DNA from: Candidatus Latescibacterota bacterium
GTDB lineage: Bacteria; Latescibacterota; UBA2968; UBA8231
DNA: 64,000 nucleotides
Reading direction: 5' to 3'
NCBI GenBank assembly: GCA_965243025.1
Contig: CBDETY010000003.1
Span: 6,080,001 to 6,144,000 of the forward strand
Under the pieces are notes generated by a model, which did no database searches, was not told the origin of the DNA, and saw only the letters and a program-made list of their open reading frames with translations. The translations under genes and the position numbers were made by a program. Shown here one piece after another: positions 9,154 through 18,670 of this stretch. Every line of letters begins with the position of its first letter. Positions within the stretch are counted from its first letter, which is position 1.

Positions 9154-11984
9154 GGCCGACGCTCCAGCTCGCGGCGCAGCTCGTTCAGCTTGTCCTCCAG
9201 CGCCTCGAGCTCTTCCCCGGCCCGGGTCCAGTCCCATTCCTGCAGCGCCGTCCGGGCCCCGCGGTAGTGGCCTTCCGCCTCCGAGACCATCCGCGCCGCG
9301 GTCTGCAGCGACGCCGCGTCCGGGACGCCCTCGGCAAGGACGCCCCCGGCCGGGGCAGCCTCGATTACAGCTCCGGCGTCCGCCGGTGGTTCGACCATGC
9401 CGAAGATCTCGGCCAACGCCTCCTCGAACGTGCCGCGCATCACCACCCGGCCGCCGAAGGCGACGATCACCTGCTTGAGCTCGGGGATCGCGGTGCTGCG
9501 ATAGGAAGGCCGCCGCGGGCCCTCGGGCCGTCCCATCCCGAGGGTCCCCGGTTCAGGCAGGCGCGAGACCTGCGGCTGCTGGCTGGCCTGCAGGTACACC
9601 GGCTCGACGTACAGGAACGACTGCTCGATCGGGATCGCCAGCATGTTGCCGCGGATCACCTCCGATCCCTTCTGCCCCCAGAGGGTGAGCTGGCTCGAGA
9701 TCTCCGGCTGCTGGTCGATGCGCGCCTCCAGCTGCATCGGTCCGAAGATCATGCGGTCCTTGGGGAGCCGGTAGACGAGCAGGTCCCCGTAGTTGTCGGC
9801 GTCGCAGCGCGCCGCCAGCCAGCCGATCATGTTGTCCTTCCGCGCCGGCGTGAACGGGACCATGAGCATGAACTCCTCGCGCTCCTCTCCGGGCAGCTTG
9901 ACGACGATGTAGTACGGCTCCATCAGCTGCGGGCGGTCGCGGTAGATCTCGTTGGGTATGGCCCACAGGTCTTCCTGGTTGTAGAAAACCCGCACGTCCC
10001 GCATGTGGTAGCTGCGGTAGATCATCGCCTGGTACTTGAACATGTCGCGGGGGTAGCGCAGGTGCCGGCGCAGGTCGGGAGGCATGGCCTCCAGGGGCTG
10101 GAACAGGTCGGGGAAGATCTCGGCGTACGCGGCGATCAGCGGATCCTCCCCGTCCACCCTGTAGAAGGCGACCGAGCCGTTGTAGGCGTCGATCACGACC
10201 TTGGCGGAGTTGCGGATGTAGTTGATGGCCGACCGCCCCCCGCGCGAGGAGTAGGGGTACATCTCCGTGGTCGTGTAGGCGTCGACCACCCAGAAGAGCC
10301 GTCCCTCGGATATGACCATGTACGGGTCGGTGTCGTAGTGCAGGAAGGGGGCGACGGCCCGCACCCGGGCGGCGATCTGGCGGCGGAACATCACCCGGCT
10401 GTCGGCGGTGACGTAGGCGCTCAGCAGCAGGTTCAGGTCCTTGAAGCGCAGCGCGAAGGCGAGGCGGCCGAACAGTCCGCCGATGCGCACCCCCCCCTTG
10501 CCGGCGTAGGTCGAGAAGACGTTCTCGGACCCCTTGGGGTAGTCGAACTCGCGGGTTCCGGTGTTGGTCACCACGTACGGCCAGGTCAGCTCGCCGTAGT
10601 AGATCTCGGGGCGGTCGATCTCGAGGCCGGGGGCCGACACCGGCGGGAGGTCGCGCACCAGCAGGTCGGGCAGGCCGTCCGGCGTGACGTGGTTCACCGG
10701 GCTCATGGCGATGCCGTAGCCGTGGGTGTACTGCAGCCGCTCGTTGACCCAGCTGCGCGCCTGGGGGGGCAGCCTGTCGGAGGCCATCTCGCGCGCCGAC
10801 AGCATGACCTGGCGGTACACCCCGTCCACCGTGTAGCGGTCGACGTCCACCCCGGGGAAGAGGTAGTAGGGGCGGATCTCCTGGACCTGCTGGAAGGTCT
10901 GCATCAGCGGCCGCTCGTCCCAGATGCGGATGTTGCGGATGGTGAGGGGGTTGGCCTGGATGTCCTCGGCGGTGAGTTGGTCCGACCCGGCGAAGGTCTG
11001 CTCCTCGATCCGGTCGAGGCCGTAGGCGCGCCGCGTGGCCTCGAGGTTGTGGCGGATGTAGGGAGCTTCGCGCGCCAGCTCGTTGGGCTCGACCACGAAG
11101 CTCTGGACCAGCGACGACGGGACGATGCCCAGGAGGATGGCGGCGACCACCAGGGCGGCCGCAACGAGCAGGGGCCGGCGGCCCCTCCAGGACCGGGCCG
11201 CGGCGAAGAGCACCGCTCCGGCCGCCAGGTACATCAGGACGAGCAGCCGGTAGATCCATACCTGGACATTGGCGTCGACGTAGCCGGCCCCGAACGCCAC
11301 CCAGTCGTCGGAGTACAGCAGACCGTGGATCTTGAGCCGGTAGATCCAGGCGATGACGAGCAGGAAGAAGCCGGCCAGGACCGACAGATGCGCCGCGGGA
11401 CGGGGCAGCGCGGAGATCCGCTCCTGGAAGCGGATGCCGCCGCCGGAAACGTAGACGACGCAGACGGCGACCAGCGAAAGGATGATGCAGGCGAGAAGGT
11501 ACCCCGACAGGAAGCGCAGGAACGGGAGCTCGAAGACGTAGAAGCCGATATCCCGCGAGAAAATCGGGTCGGCGAGGCCGAAGGGCTGGTCGTGGAAGAA
11601 GCGCAGCCACAGCAGCCACTGGCCCGACCCGATCCGCCCCATCAGCAGCACCAGCACCGCCCCGGCCACCAGGTAAGCGGAGCGGGACCGCAGCAGCGGG
11701 TCGAGGGGTCCTCCCTCGGGGCCCCACGGCGAGCCGGCGGCGCGCAGCAACTCGCGCGTGAAGCGCCGCGCCAGGGCGAGATTGGGGGCGATCAGCAGCG
11801 CCGCCACCAGGCCGAAGAAAACGCCGGCGAAAAGGCGCGCCCGCATCGCCCGCCAGTAGACGGACTCGAGGTCCAGGCTGTGGAACCACTTCCAGTTGGT
11901 GTACACCGTGGCCAGCACGAGGGCGCCGATTGCCGCGCCCAGCAGCGCTGCGGCAAGCGCCCAGCGGCGCTGTCTGCTCGTCAT
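9150..11984 (-). CDS. UPF0182 family integral membrane protein
   Basis: DPIFSRDIGFYVFELP, VEPNEL.RE.PYI..N..ATR.AYGL, NIRIWD.RP, YTHGYG, NYIRNS.K.VIDAY.G, LYVEPVY. Confidence 0.95.
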   Translation of the reverse strand: MTSRQRRWALAAALLGAAIGALVLATVYTNWKWFHSLDLESVYWRAMRARLFAGVFFGLVAALLIAPNLALARRFTRELLRAAGSPWGPEGGPLDPLLRSRSAYLVAGAVLVLLMGRIGSGQWLLWLRFFHDQPFGLADPIFSRDIGFYVFELPFLRFLSGYLLACIILSLVAVCVVYVSGGGIRFQERISALPRPAAHLSVLAGFFLLVIAWIYRLKIHGLLYSDDWVAFGAGYVDANVQVWIYRLLVLMYLAAGAVLFAAARSWRGRRPLLVAAALVVAAILLGIVPSSLVQSFVVEPNELAREAPYIRHNLEATRRAYGLDRIEEQTFAGSDQLTAEDIQANPLTIRNIRIWDERPLMQTFQQVQEIRPYYLFPGVDVDRYTVDGVYRQVMLSAREMASDRLPPQARSWVNERLQYTHGYGIAMSPVNHVTPDGLPDLLVRDLPPVSAPGLEIDRPEIYYGELTWPYVVTNTGTREFDYPKGSENVFSTYAGKGGVRIGGLFGRLAFALRFKDLNLLLSAYVTADSRVMFRRQIAARVRAVAPFLHYDTDPYMVISEGRLFWVVDAYTTTEMYPYSSRGGRSAINYIRNSAKVVIDAYNGSVAFYRVDGEDPLIAAYAEIFPDLFQPLEAMPPDLRRHLRYPRDMFKYQAMIYRSYHMRDVRVFYNQEDLWAIPNEIYRDRPQLMEPYYIVVKLPGEEREEFMLMVPFTPARKDNMIGWLAARCDADNYGDLLVYRLPKDRMIFGPMQLEARIDQQPEISSQLTLWGQKGSEVIRGNMLAIPIEQSFLYVEPVYLQASQQPQVSRLPEPGTLGMGRPEGPRRPSYRSTAIPELKQVIVAFGGRVVMRGTFEEALAEIFGMVEPPADAGAVIEAAPAGGVLAEGVPDAASLQTAARMVSEAEGHYRGARTALQEWDWTRAGEELEALEDKLNELRRELERRP

Positions 11985-12044
11985 GATTCGCCTCGTCTAT
12001 CCGATAAGGGGGAAACGCGCGCGGCAGGGGACGGGCATCGGAGG

Positions 12045-15000
12045 TCAGGCCGTCGCCCCGGTCCGCTCGCCGGAAAGGATCTCCTCGCCCTGCAGCCGGT
12101 AGCCGGCCTTGGTCTCGAGATCCAGGGTGCGCCAGATGAGGAACTGTTTGCGGATGACGTTGATGAAGCGCTGGTTGACCCGCTGCCACGAGGCGTCCTC
12201 GCCGCTGAGGCGGCGGATCGCCAGCGCAATGGCGTAGATGTTGTGCTCCGCCTCGGGAACCGCCCGGAAAACGACGTGCTGGCTCACGCCGAGATCGAAA
12301 GGCGCCAACCCGATGACCATCGAGATGCTGTAGCCCTCGCCGTGCTCTGTCGCCGTCCTGCCGAGCTCGGCCCCTTCCGTGTAGAACGTGCCGATCGATT
12401 CCTCGCTGTACGAGTCGAAGTAGCCGGCGAGGAACACCGACAGTCCGAGCACCTCGTGGCCGCTCACCGTGAAGGGGAACTCGAAGTCCCAGTTGTCGCC
12501 GTCGGCGGGGGGCAGCTGCCACTTGCGGGTGACGTCGGGCACCGCCATCCGCGAGGCCCTGTGGGCGGGGTACAGGGTGGACAGCAGCACCACCGCCATT
12601 ACCAGCATGCAGGAGAAGACCGCGGCCAGCGACGAGTAGTTCAGCGTGAAGCCGGCCAGCAGGCCGAAGGCCACCAGCAGTGCGGCGACCGTCTGGCCGG
12701 TGAGGAACCCCGCGACCACGCCGAGCACGGAGTAGACGCAGGACTCGGCGATGAAAAGCCAGGCGATGTGGCCGGGAGCGAGCCCGACGGAAGAGTAGAT
12801 GCCGATCTCGCGGAAGCGTTCGTAGACGCTGCCCATCATCGTGTTGAGCACGATCAGCGAGGCGATGAGAATGGGGATGAAGAGGTTGGCGAGCCCGGAG
12901 AAGCCGGTCACGCCCAGGGAGCTGTATACCGATACGTGGATGCGCTCATCCCCCTCCTCCCTGATGCCGGCGAACAGCGTCACCGCCAGCCGCGCAAGCA
13001 GCTTCTCGATCTGCCCGCGTTCGTCGACCCCCTCGTCGAAACGCACCGCCACCGACTGCAGCGGATTGCCGCTGCCGACGTTGCGCAGCAGGCGGTAGGG
13101 AATGATGAGCACGTTGGCCGGCTCCAGGTGCGCGAACGGCTCGATGGAGACGTTGGTCCCCGACAGGCCCTGTCTCTCGCGCCGCTCCTCGTCGGCCATC
13201 TCCATCACCGTCAGACCGCTGGTGCCGGCGAAGTCCGCCGGGGTCAGCATCTCGCCGTCCAGGTCTTTCAGGTCTTCCAGAATTTCCGAGTCGACCACAC
13301 CGATTACCCTGAACATCTCGCCGAAAACGCGGATGCTTTCGGTTCCCGCGGCCACCTTCCCAAGGTCGATGCCGAGCTTGTCGGCGGCGATCATGTCTTC
13401 GGGCAGGATGCAGACGTCCCCGTCCCCTTCCCGGAACCAGCGCCCGGCGACGAGGGCCCGGTCGAGTCCGCTCACCGCGGCTTCCTGCGGCGTCAGCCCG
13501 AGCACGCCGAGAGCGTTATGCGACTTGCCGCCGCGCTTCATCTTGATGTGGGCCCTGTCCTTGTGGCCGTACCAGCTGCGCGGTGCCACCACCGCGATGT
13601 CGCCGAAGGCGTTGTCGGCGTACTCGAGGACCGACTCCTCCAGGGGGGTCCAGGCCTTGTTGCGGATCAGCATGCCCTCGTAGAGGCCCTCGCTGTCGCG
13701 CCGGAACTCGTAGAACTCGAGGGAGGTCTGGATCGAGGTGAACGAGAGCACCGTGAAGGTCAGCAGCATCAGGGTGGCGAAGGTCAACGCCGTGCGCAGC
13801 TTGCGCCGCTTCATGTTGGAGATTCCCAGCTGGAAGGCCGCCAGCGAGGCCCCCGAGCGGCTGACGTCGGTATCGTGAATGACGGCGACCTCGGTGCGCA
13901 GCTTCCTCATCTGCTCGCTGAAGCGCCCGCTGACAATGGAAATGGCGAGAACGGCCAGGGCGAGGATGACGAAGGCGAGAAGGATTACGAAGGGATTGCC
14001 GAGATCGAACGCCGGGTGGACGAGGGACAGGACGACCCAGATCGCCAGGAACACGGCGGCGAACCCGGTGATCTGGTTCCTGATCGTCGCCGCGGATATC
14101 AGCAGGCGCTCGGCGAAGAAGGCGCACGGAATGACCAGCGCCATGAAGAAGACGATGCCGCGGATCACGTCGTTCTGCGTCCCCTTGACGTCGGGGTAGG
14201 CGCGCGACTCGAGACCGATGGCGGCGCGGGTGCGGCGCACGAACTCGCTCCAGCGGCGCTGCTCCATCGCCTTCCCCGCCGCTTCGAGGTGGGCGCGCGC
14301 CTGCCGGTGCAGGCTGCCGAGTCGGCGGTTCTCGATGCCGAAGCCGCTGAGCTCGCGCATGCGCGCCTCGTCGAGGTTCCACATGTCGCGGGCGGCGAGA
14401 TAGGTGGTGCGGGCGAACGAGGTGCCGGGGTCGATCCGGTAGCCGCGGCCGAGCGCCCCTCCCGTGTCGTCGGAGACCGCCGAGTTGAGCAGCAGGTAGC
14501 GGAAACCGAGGATGTCGGCGCCCAGTCCGAGCTTGATGCGGTCCCCGTCGCGGGCGAACAGCACTCCTACCGGCTCGTCCCTTGCCGACGGCCCTTCCCC
14601 GAGAGTGTAGCCGTATTCCAGGGGTGCGGTGTTGGCCTCGCTGAACACGGAGATACGGGACAGCTTGGTCAGGTACTGGGGGTCGACCAGGTCGTAGAGG
14701 TTGTGGGCGCGGCACGGGAACAGCACCACCTGCCAGCGCTTGTCGCGCCAGTCCATGGCGACTCTCATGGAGTAGACGCCTCCCTGCCGGCCGCGGTCCG
14801 GGGCGTAGGTGATCCGGCCGGTGGCGGGGTCCATGTAGTACCCCTCGATCTGCAGGTGCCTGATGCCGTGCTCCGCCATGCGGATGCGGTTGATGTAGAA
14901 GGCGCCGTCGTCGTCGACGATCTCGTAGAACTCGCCGCGCACCCCCTTGCTCGACTTCTTCTTGCCGGTGCGGACCACCCCTACCGCCCCGGCGCGCGGC

Positions 15001-16874
15001 AGGTCGGGTACGATGCTGCGCCGCGGGAAGACCATGGTCCGCGCCGTGAGCGATCCAAGGGAGTCCTTCAGCCGCATCCTGAAATCCGGGAACAGGCCGG
15101 CATCCTCGAAGGCCATGTGGAACATGGCGGCCAGGGCGCGGATCTGGCGGGCGAGATTGCCGACGTCGACCCCCGGCAGGCGGTCCAGGGGGGTGTCGAC
15201 GGCGAAGCGGGCATCGTTGACGGTGACGAAGGCCAGCGCCGGCGTGCCGGCGGCCAGCACCATCTCGCTGTTGACGGAGATCTCGCCGGGAACGAAGGAA
15301 TCCCAGGTCATCCCTCCGCCGGGGCTGATGCCGTTGACGAGCACATCTTCGCGGCGGTACCCCAGGGCGTTGGCCACTTCGCCGGCGTACCCCATGAACC
15401 TCTTGCCGAACGGGGCGAAGTAGCGCTGGAAGTAGAACTCGGAATTGCTGTTCCAGACGCCCAGCTCGTCGGTCCGGGTCGACAGGTCGAGGCTGATGAA
15501 GAGCTTGACCGAGAGCGGGCCGGCCCTGGGGCCGACCCAGTCACTGTAGAGCGCCAGGAGCAGATCGCCGTCGTCGGTCAGCGTTTCGACCAGGGCGTCG
15601 ACGCTCTCGAATCCGCGGCCCCCATACGAGAGCCGACCTCCCCGCGACCGGGCGACGAACCCCTCCTCGAGCGCCGCCAGGGCGACGCGGCGGACCAGGG
15701 TGGAGTCCCCCTCCGCGGCGCGGCGCACGAGACCCTCCCTGCCGAGGAACTCCCGGCTGCCGAGGCGGTACCTTACGCCCTCCTGCTCGATCAGGTCCCG
15801 CTCCAGGGCCGCATCGACGACGCGGCGGATCAGCATGCGGTCGACGAACGGGTCTTCGCGGCGCAGGTAGCGCTGGATGAAATCGTCGATCCCGCGCAGG
15901 CCGAGATGGTGGGCGGAGGTCGCCAGGAAGACCAGGGTGCGTTCCGGCGGGTTGCGGCGGAAGTAGCGGGCAAGCTCGATCAGGGCGGTTATGCCGGCGG
16001 CCTGTTCGGCTCCGGGGGCCAGCGCCGGCACCACGGACATGGCGTCGTAGTACGACTCGAGAACGATGACTTCGTCCCGCAGCTGCGGACCGGTCCCGGG
16101 GATGGCCCCGAGGATGTTCCACGCCGGGCGCCGCTCCCAATCCATGCGGTACTCGATGTGCACCTCGACCTCGCCAGCGGGGCTCATGGAGATGCGCTCG
16201 CGCAGGCGGACCCCCTCTTCCCGGGGGACCCAGTAGCGCGGCAGGTCGAGAGGCATCGTCAGGAACTTGCGCTCCCCCTCCAGGTAAACGGTCGAGTCCG
16301 GTTCGATGAAGACCACCCCGGCGGCTCCGAGGTAGGCGCACTTGAGCCAGGCGTCGCCGGTGTTGAAGTCCATCAGCACCACCGCGTCTTCGACCCGCCT
16401 GCCGTCGAGATGGGCATAGGAGCCGTCGCCGCCGTCGATCAGGCGCGCGATCCTCCCGCCATCGGGCAAGGTGGAGGTCCTGACGAGGTTGGGCCACAGG
16501 CCGTGCAGCGGGGCGGTCTCCCCGGTGGCGGCGATCCGGAGGCTGCCGGGTGCCTCTTCCACCGGAACGGAGACGTCGTATTCATGGGCCTCGATTCCAC
16601 CCAGCCCGATGTCGCGGAAGGTCTCCCGAATGTAACGGGCAGCTGCGTCGGCCCCGGGGTATCCGGCCACGCGGGATTCCTGCCCGGCGAAGTGCGCGAG
16701 CGTCCCGGCGACGCGCTCCTCGGAAACGAGATTCCGGACCGAGGCAAGGTCGATCTCTGCATGGAGCGGCAGCGCTGCCAGCGGGACGCTACACAGGAGC
16801 GACGACAAACAGCCGTTGCGCGGCAGCGGCCGGGTTATGAATCCCGAGAACGGCATCGAGGCGATAGTACTCAT
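12045..16874 (-). CDS. Large FtsX/MacB-type permease fused to an N-terminal M28-peptidase-like/PA domain
   Basis: Signal peptide, SRVAGYPG, NILGAIPG, APGAEQ; central TM bundle; NMKRRKLRTALT; MMGSVYERFREIGIYSSVGL (FtsX). Start at ATG 16874 or 16856; the track start 17024 looks over-extended. Confidence 0.85.
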   Translation of the reverse strand: MSTIASMPFSGFITRPLPRNGCLSSLLCSVPLAALPLHAEIDLASVRNLVSEERVAGTLAHFAGQESRVAGYPGADAAARYIRETFRDIGLGGIEAHEYDVSVPVEEAPGSLRIAATGETAPLHGLWPNLVRTSTLPDGGRIARLIDGGDGSYAHLDGRRVEDAVVLMDFNTGDAWLKCAYLGAAGVVFIEPDSTVYLEGERKFLTMPLDLPRYWVPREEGVRLRERISMSPAGEVEVHIEYRMDWERRPAWNILGAIPGTGPQLRDEVIVLESYYDAMSVVPALAPGAEQAAGITALIELARYFRRNPPERTLVFLATSAHHLGLRGIDDFIQRYLRREDPFVDRMLIRRVVDAALERDLIEQEGVRYRLGSREFLGREGLVRRAAEGDSTLVRRVALAALEEGFVARSRGGRLSYGGRGFESVDALVETLTDDGDLLLALYSDWVGPRAGPLSVKLFISLDLSTRTDELGVWNSNSEFYFQRYFAPFGKRFMGYAGEVANALGYRREDVLVNGISPGGGMTWDSFVPGEISVNSEMVLAAGTPALAFVTVNDARFAVDTPLDRLPGVDVGNLARQIRALAAMFHMAFEDAGLFPDFRMRLKDSLGSLTARTMVFPRRSIVPDLPRAGAVGVVRTGKKKSSKGVRGEFYEIVDDDGAFYINRIRMAEHGIRHLQIEGYYMDPATGRITYAPDRGRQGGVYSMRVAMDWRDKRWQVVLFPCRAHNLYDLVDPQYLTKLSRISVFSEANTAPLEYGYTLGEGPSARDEPVGVLFARDGDRIKLGLGADILGFRYLLLNSAVSDDTGGALGRGYRIDPGTSFARTTYLAARDMWNLDEARMRELSGFGIENRRLGSLHRQARAHLEAAGKAMEQRRWSEFVRRTRAAIGLESRAYPDVKGTQNDVIRGIVFFMALVIPCAFFAERLLISAATIRNQITGFAAVFLAIWVVLSLVHPAFDLGNPFVILLAFVILALAVLAISIVSGRFSEQMRKLRTEVAVIHDTDVSRSGASLAAFQLGISNMKRRKLRTALTFATLMLLTFTVLSFTSIQTSLEFYEFRRDSEGLYEGMLIRNKAWTPLEESVLEYADNAFGDIAVVAPRSWYGHKDRAHIKMKRGGKSHNALGVLGLTPQEAAVSGLDRALVAGRWFREGDGDVCILPEDMIAADKLGIDLGKVAAGTESIRVFGEMFRVIGVVDSEILEDLKDLDGEMLTPADFAGTSGLTVMEMADEERRERQGLSGTNVSIEPFAHLEPANVLIIPYRLLRNVGSGNPLQSVAVRFDEGVDERGQIEKLLARLAVTLFAGIREEGDERIHVSVYSSLGVTGFSGLANLFIPILIASLIVLNTMMGSVYERFREIGIYSSVGLAPGHIAWLFIAESCVYSVLGVVAGFLTGQTVAALLVAFGLLAGFTLNYSSLAAVFSCMLVMAVVLLSTLYPAHRASRMAVPDVTRKWQLPPADGDNWDFEFPFTVSGHEVLGLSVFLAGYFDSYSEESIGTFYTEGAELGRTATEHGEGYSISMVIGLAPFDLGVSQHVVFRAVPEAEHNIYAIALAIRRLSGEDASWQRVNQRFINVIRKQFLIWRTLDLETKAGYRLQGEEILSGERTGATA

Positions 16875-16913
16875 TGCAGCCGGCCTGGCGCCATGCACGC
16901 GGCGTTTTTTTGC

Positions 16914-16942
16914 TTGGATGGCAAGATGGGATGGAGTACCAT
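16914..16942 (+). promoter_or_regulatory. Possible sigma70 promoter for the exbD cluster
   Basis: TTGGAT-17 nt-TACCAT in the AT-richer divergent intergenic region. Confidence 0.25.
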
Positions 16943-17081
16943 TTGAACAATTTTCGACCGGCTGGAGCGACCCCCCTGCTCCTGGCGGGTTGCAGATCCA
17001 TCTCGGGCACCGCGGGGATGACAACCGCCGTCCTCAAGGTCGACGAGATGCGGGTGAGATCGTCGAGATCTCGAAGGAAAT

Positions 17082-17495
17082 ATGGCCCGTCACCGGGAAA
17101 AACAGAGCTTCATCAGCGAAGAAACGGTGGATCTGACCCCCCTGATCGACTGCGTTTTCCTGTTGCTGGTCTTCTTCATGGTTACCACCGTCTTCATCCA
17201 TGCACGGGGACTCGATGTCGATTTGCCCAGGGCGTCGCAGGCCACCGAGCAGCAGGAGAAGAAGGATATCAACATCATCGTCGAACGGGACGGCCGCATT
17301 GAAATCGGCGGTGAGGAAGTTCTCCCTGGACAGCTGCGGGTCCGGATAGAGCGGGCGATGGTGGAGAACCGGAACGACAACGTGATCATCCAGGGGGACC
17401 GGGATGTCGCCCAGTCCCGGGTGGTGGAGGTGGTGGATGCGGCGAGAGGTGTGGGTGTGAAGGGGATCGCCTTCGCCAAGTTGCAGGGGTCCTGA
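17082..17495 (+). CDS. exbD: Biopolymer transporter ExbD/TolR
   Basis: DLTPLIDCVFLLLVFFMVTT, LDVDLP.A, VIIQGDRD, VVEVVD.AR.VG. Confidence 0.95.
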   Translation: MARHREKQSFISEETVDLTPLIDCVFLLLVFFMVTTVFIHARGLDVDLPRASQATEQQEKKDINIIVERDGRIEIGGEEVLPGQLRVRIERAMVENRNDNVIIQGDRDVAQSRVVEVVDAARGVGVKGIAFAKLQGS

Positions 17496-17497
17496 AC

Positions 17498-17926
17498 ATG
17501 GGACCGGAACGCCGGGAGGGCGGTGTCGAGTCGGGGGAGATGGAGTTGACTCCGCTGATCGACTGTGTATTCCTGCTGCTGATCTTCTTCATGGTGACGA
17601 CGGTGTTCCAGGAGCCGTACAGGCTTAAGGTTTTTCTGCCCGAGGCGGAAGAGGCGGCGATGATCGAGGAGAAGAAGCTGGTGGCGACGATCGATCGCGC
17701 CGGCGCGATGGAGGTGAACCGCCATCCGGTGACGATGGAAAGTGTGGAGGGCGTGTTGGCGCGGGAGAAGGAGGGAGTGAGGGTGGTGACGCTGATCATT
17801 CGCACCGACAAGGAAACCCGGCACGGGCTTGTCCTCGATCTGATGGAAACGGCGAAGCGGATCGGGATCGAGAAGATCGTGCTCGCTACCGAAAAGAAAG
17901 CGGAGGCCCTGCTGGGGACGTCGTGA
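17498..17926 (+). CDS. exbD: Biopolymer transporter ExbD/TolR (second copy)
   Basis: ELTPLIDCVFLLLIFFMVTT, IRTDKET.HG.V..LM..AK.IGI. Confidence 0.95.
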   Translation: MGPERREGGVESGEMELTPLIDCVFLLLIFFMVTTVFQEPYRLKVFLPEAEEAAMIEEKKLVATIDRAGAMEVNRHPVTMESVEGVLAREKEGVRVVTLIIRTDKETRHGLVLDLMETAKRIGIEKIVLATEKKAEALLGTS

Positions 17927-17951
17927 TTCCCCGGGGTATTCAGGGACAGAA

Positions 17952-18506
17952 ATGCTTGGGATTCGAGGTGTGCTTGGGATTCGAGGTGTTTTCGTATTAG
18001 GTTGTTGCGGTATTCAACTCGTTTCCTGTTCCGAGAGGGGGGAAGACGCACAGGACGAAAGTGCAAAGGTTGCAGCCCTCAAGGCGGCGAGGAATCCCGA
18101 AGGTGAGACCTATCTCGATGTCCACTTCGTGCTCGGCAGCAGCGTGGAGGAACTGGTCGCGCGCTTCGGTGAACCCGACGCCTACCGCCCGCAGCTGGGG
18201 AATCAGCCGTACGGGAATATCAAATGGAACGATCTGAAGGGGGTGAAGGTTTTCGCGATCCTCAAGGACAGTCTGTGCGCTTACGTGAACTACGGTTTCC
18301 AAAAGATGGACCCTTTCGACGAGACCAGGGCTTTGAGGATCATCGGAGTTGAGCCTCCTGGGGAGGAGCCGGCGGTCTCGGTACTCGAAACCGGGGTCAA
18401 GAAGTGGTATCCGTTCGAGCAGTACCATCACTTGACGGTCAGTCCCCGGGTGAAGAATGTCACCGTCAAAGGTTTTGATTTTGTGATAGTGCCCGGTACG
18501 TCGTAG
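17952..18506 (+). CDS. Hypothetical lipoprotein
   Basis: Hydrophobic N-terminus with LVSC lipobox-like motif; co-directional with the exbD genes. Confidence 0.65.
   Translation: MLGIRGVLGIRGVFVLGCCGIQLVSCSERGEDAQDESAKVAALKAARNPEGETYLDVHFVLGSSVEELVARFGEPDAYRPQLGNQPYGNIKWNDLKGVKVFAILKDSLCAYVNYGFQKMDPFDETRALRIIGVEPPGEEPAVSVLETGVKKWYPFEQYHHLTVSPRVKNVTVKGFDFVIVPGTS
17953..17988 (+). repeat. Exact 18-bp tandem duplication TGCTTGGGATTCGAGGTG x2
   Basis: Seen directly; encodes LGIRGV twice in the signal peptide. Confidence 0.9.
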
Positions 18507-18670
18507 GGCAATCAGGCGAGTGCGATGTCACTTAAACCGACAGGCTGCCGAAAGGAGCAGAAAGGAGAAGATCCGTTAAGTAAACTGTCAGAAAGCAGCA
18601 AGCGGACTTTGCCGGACTCACGGCTCGGCGAAGGCATTACCATTCATCATGTCGAACCAAGGAGCATGAG

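Noticed and set aside
9078-16946. 2622-aa plus-strand ORF
   Set aside because: Antisense shadow of the UPF0182 and permease genes; Arg/Gly/His-rich with no motifs, as expected in high-GC DNA.
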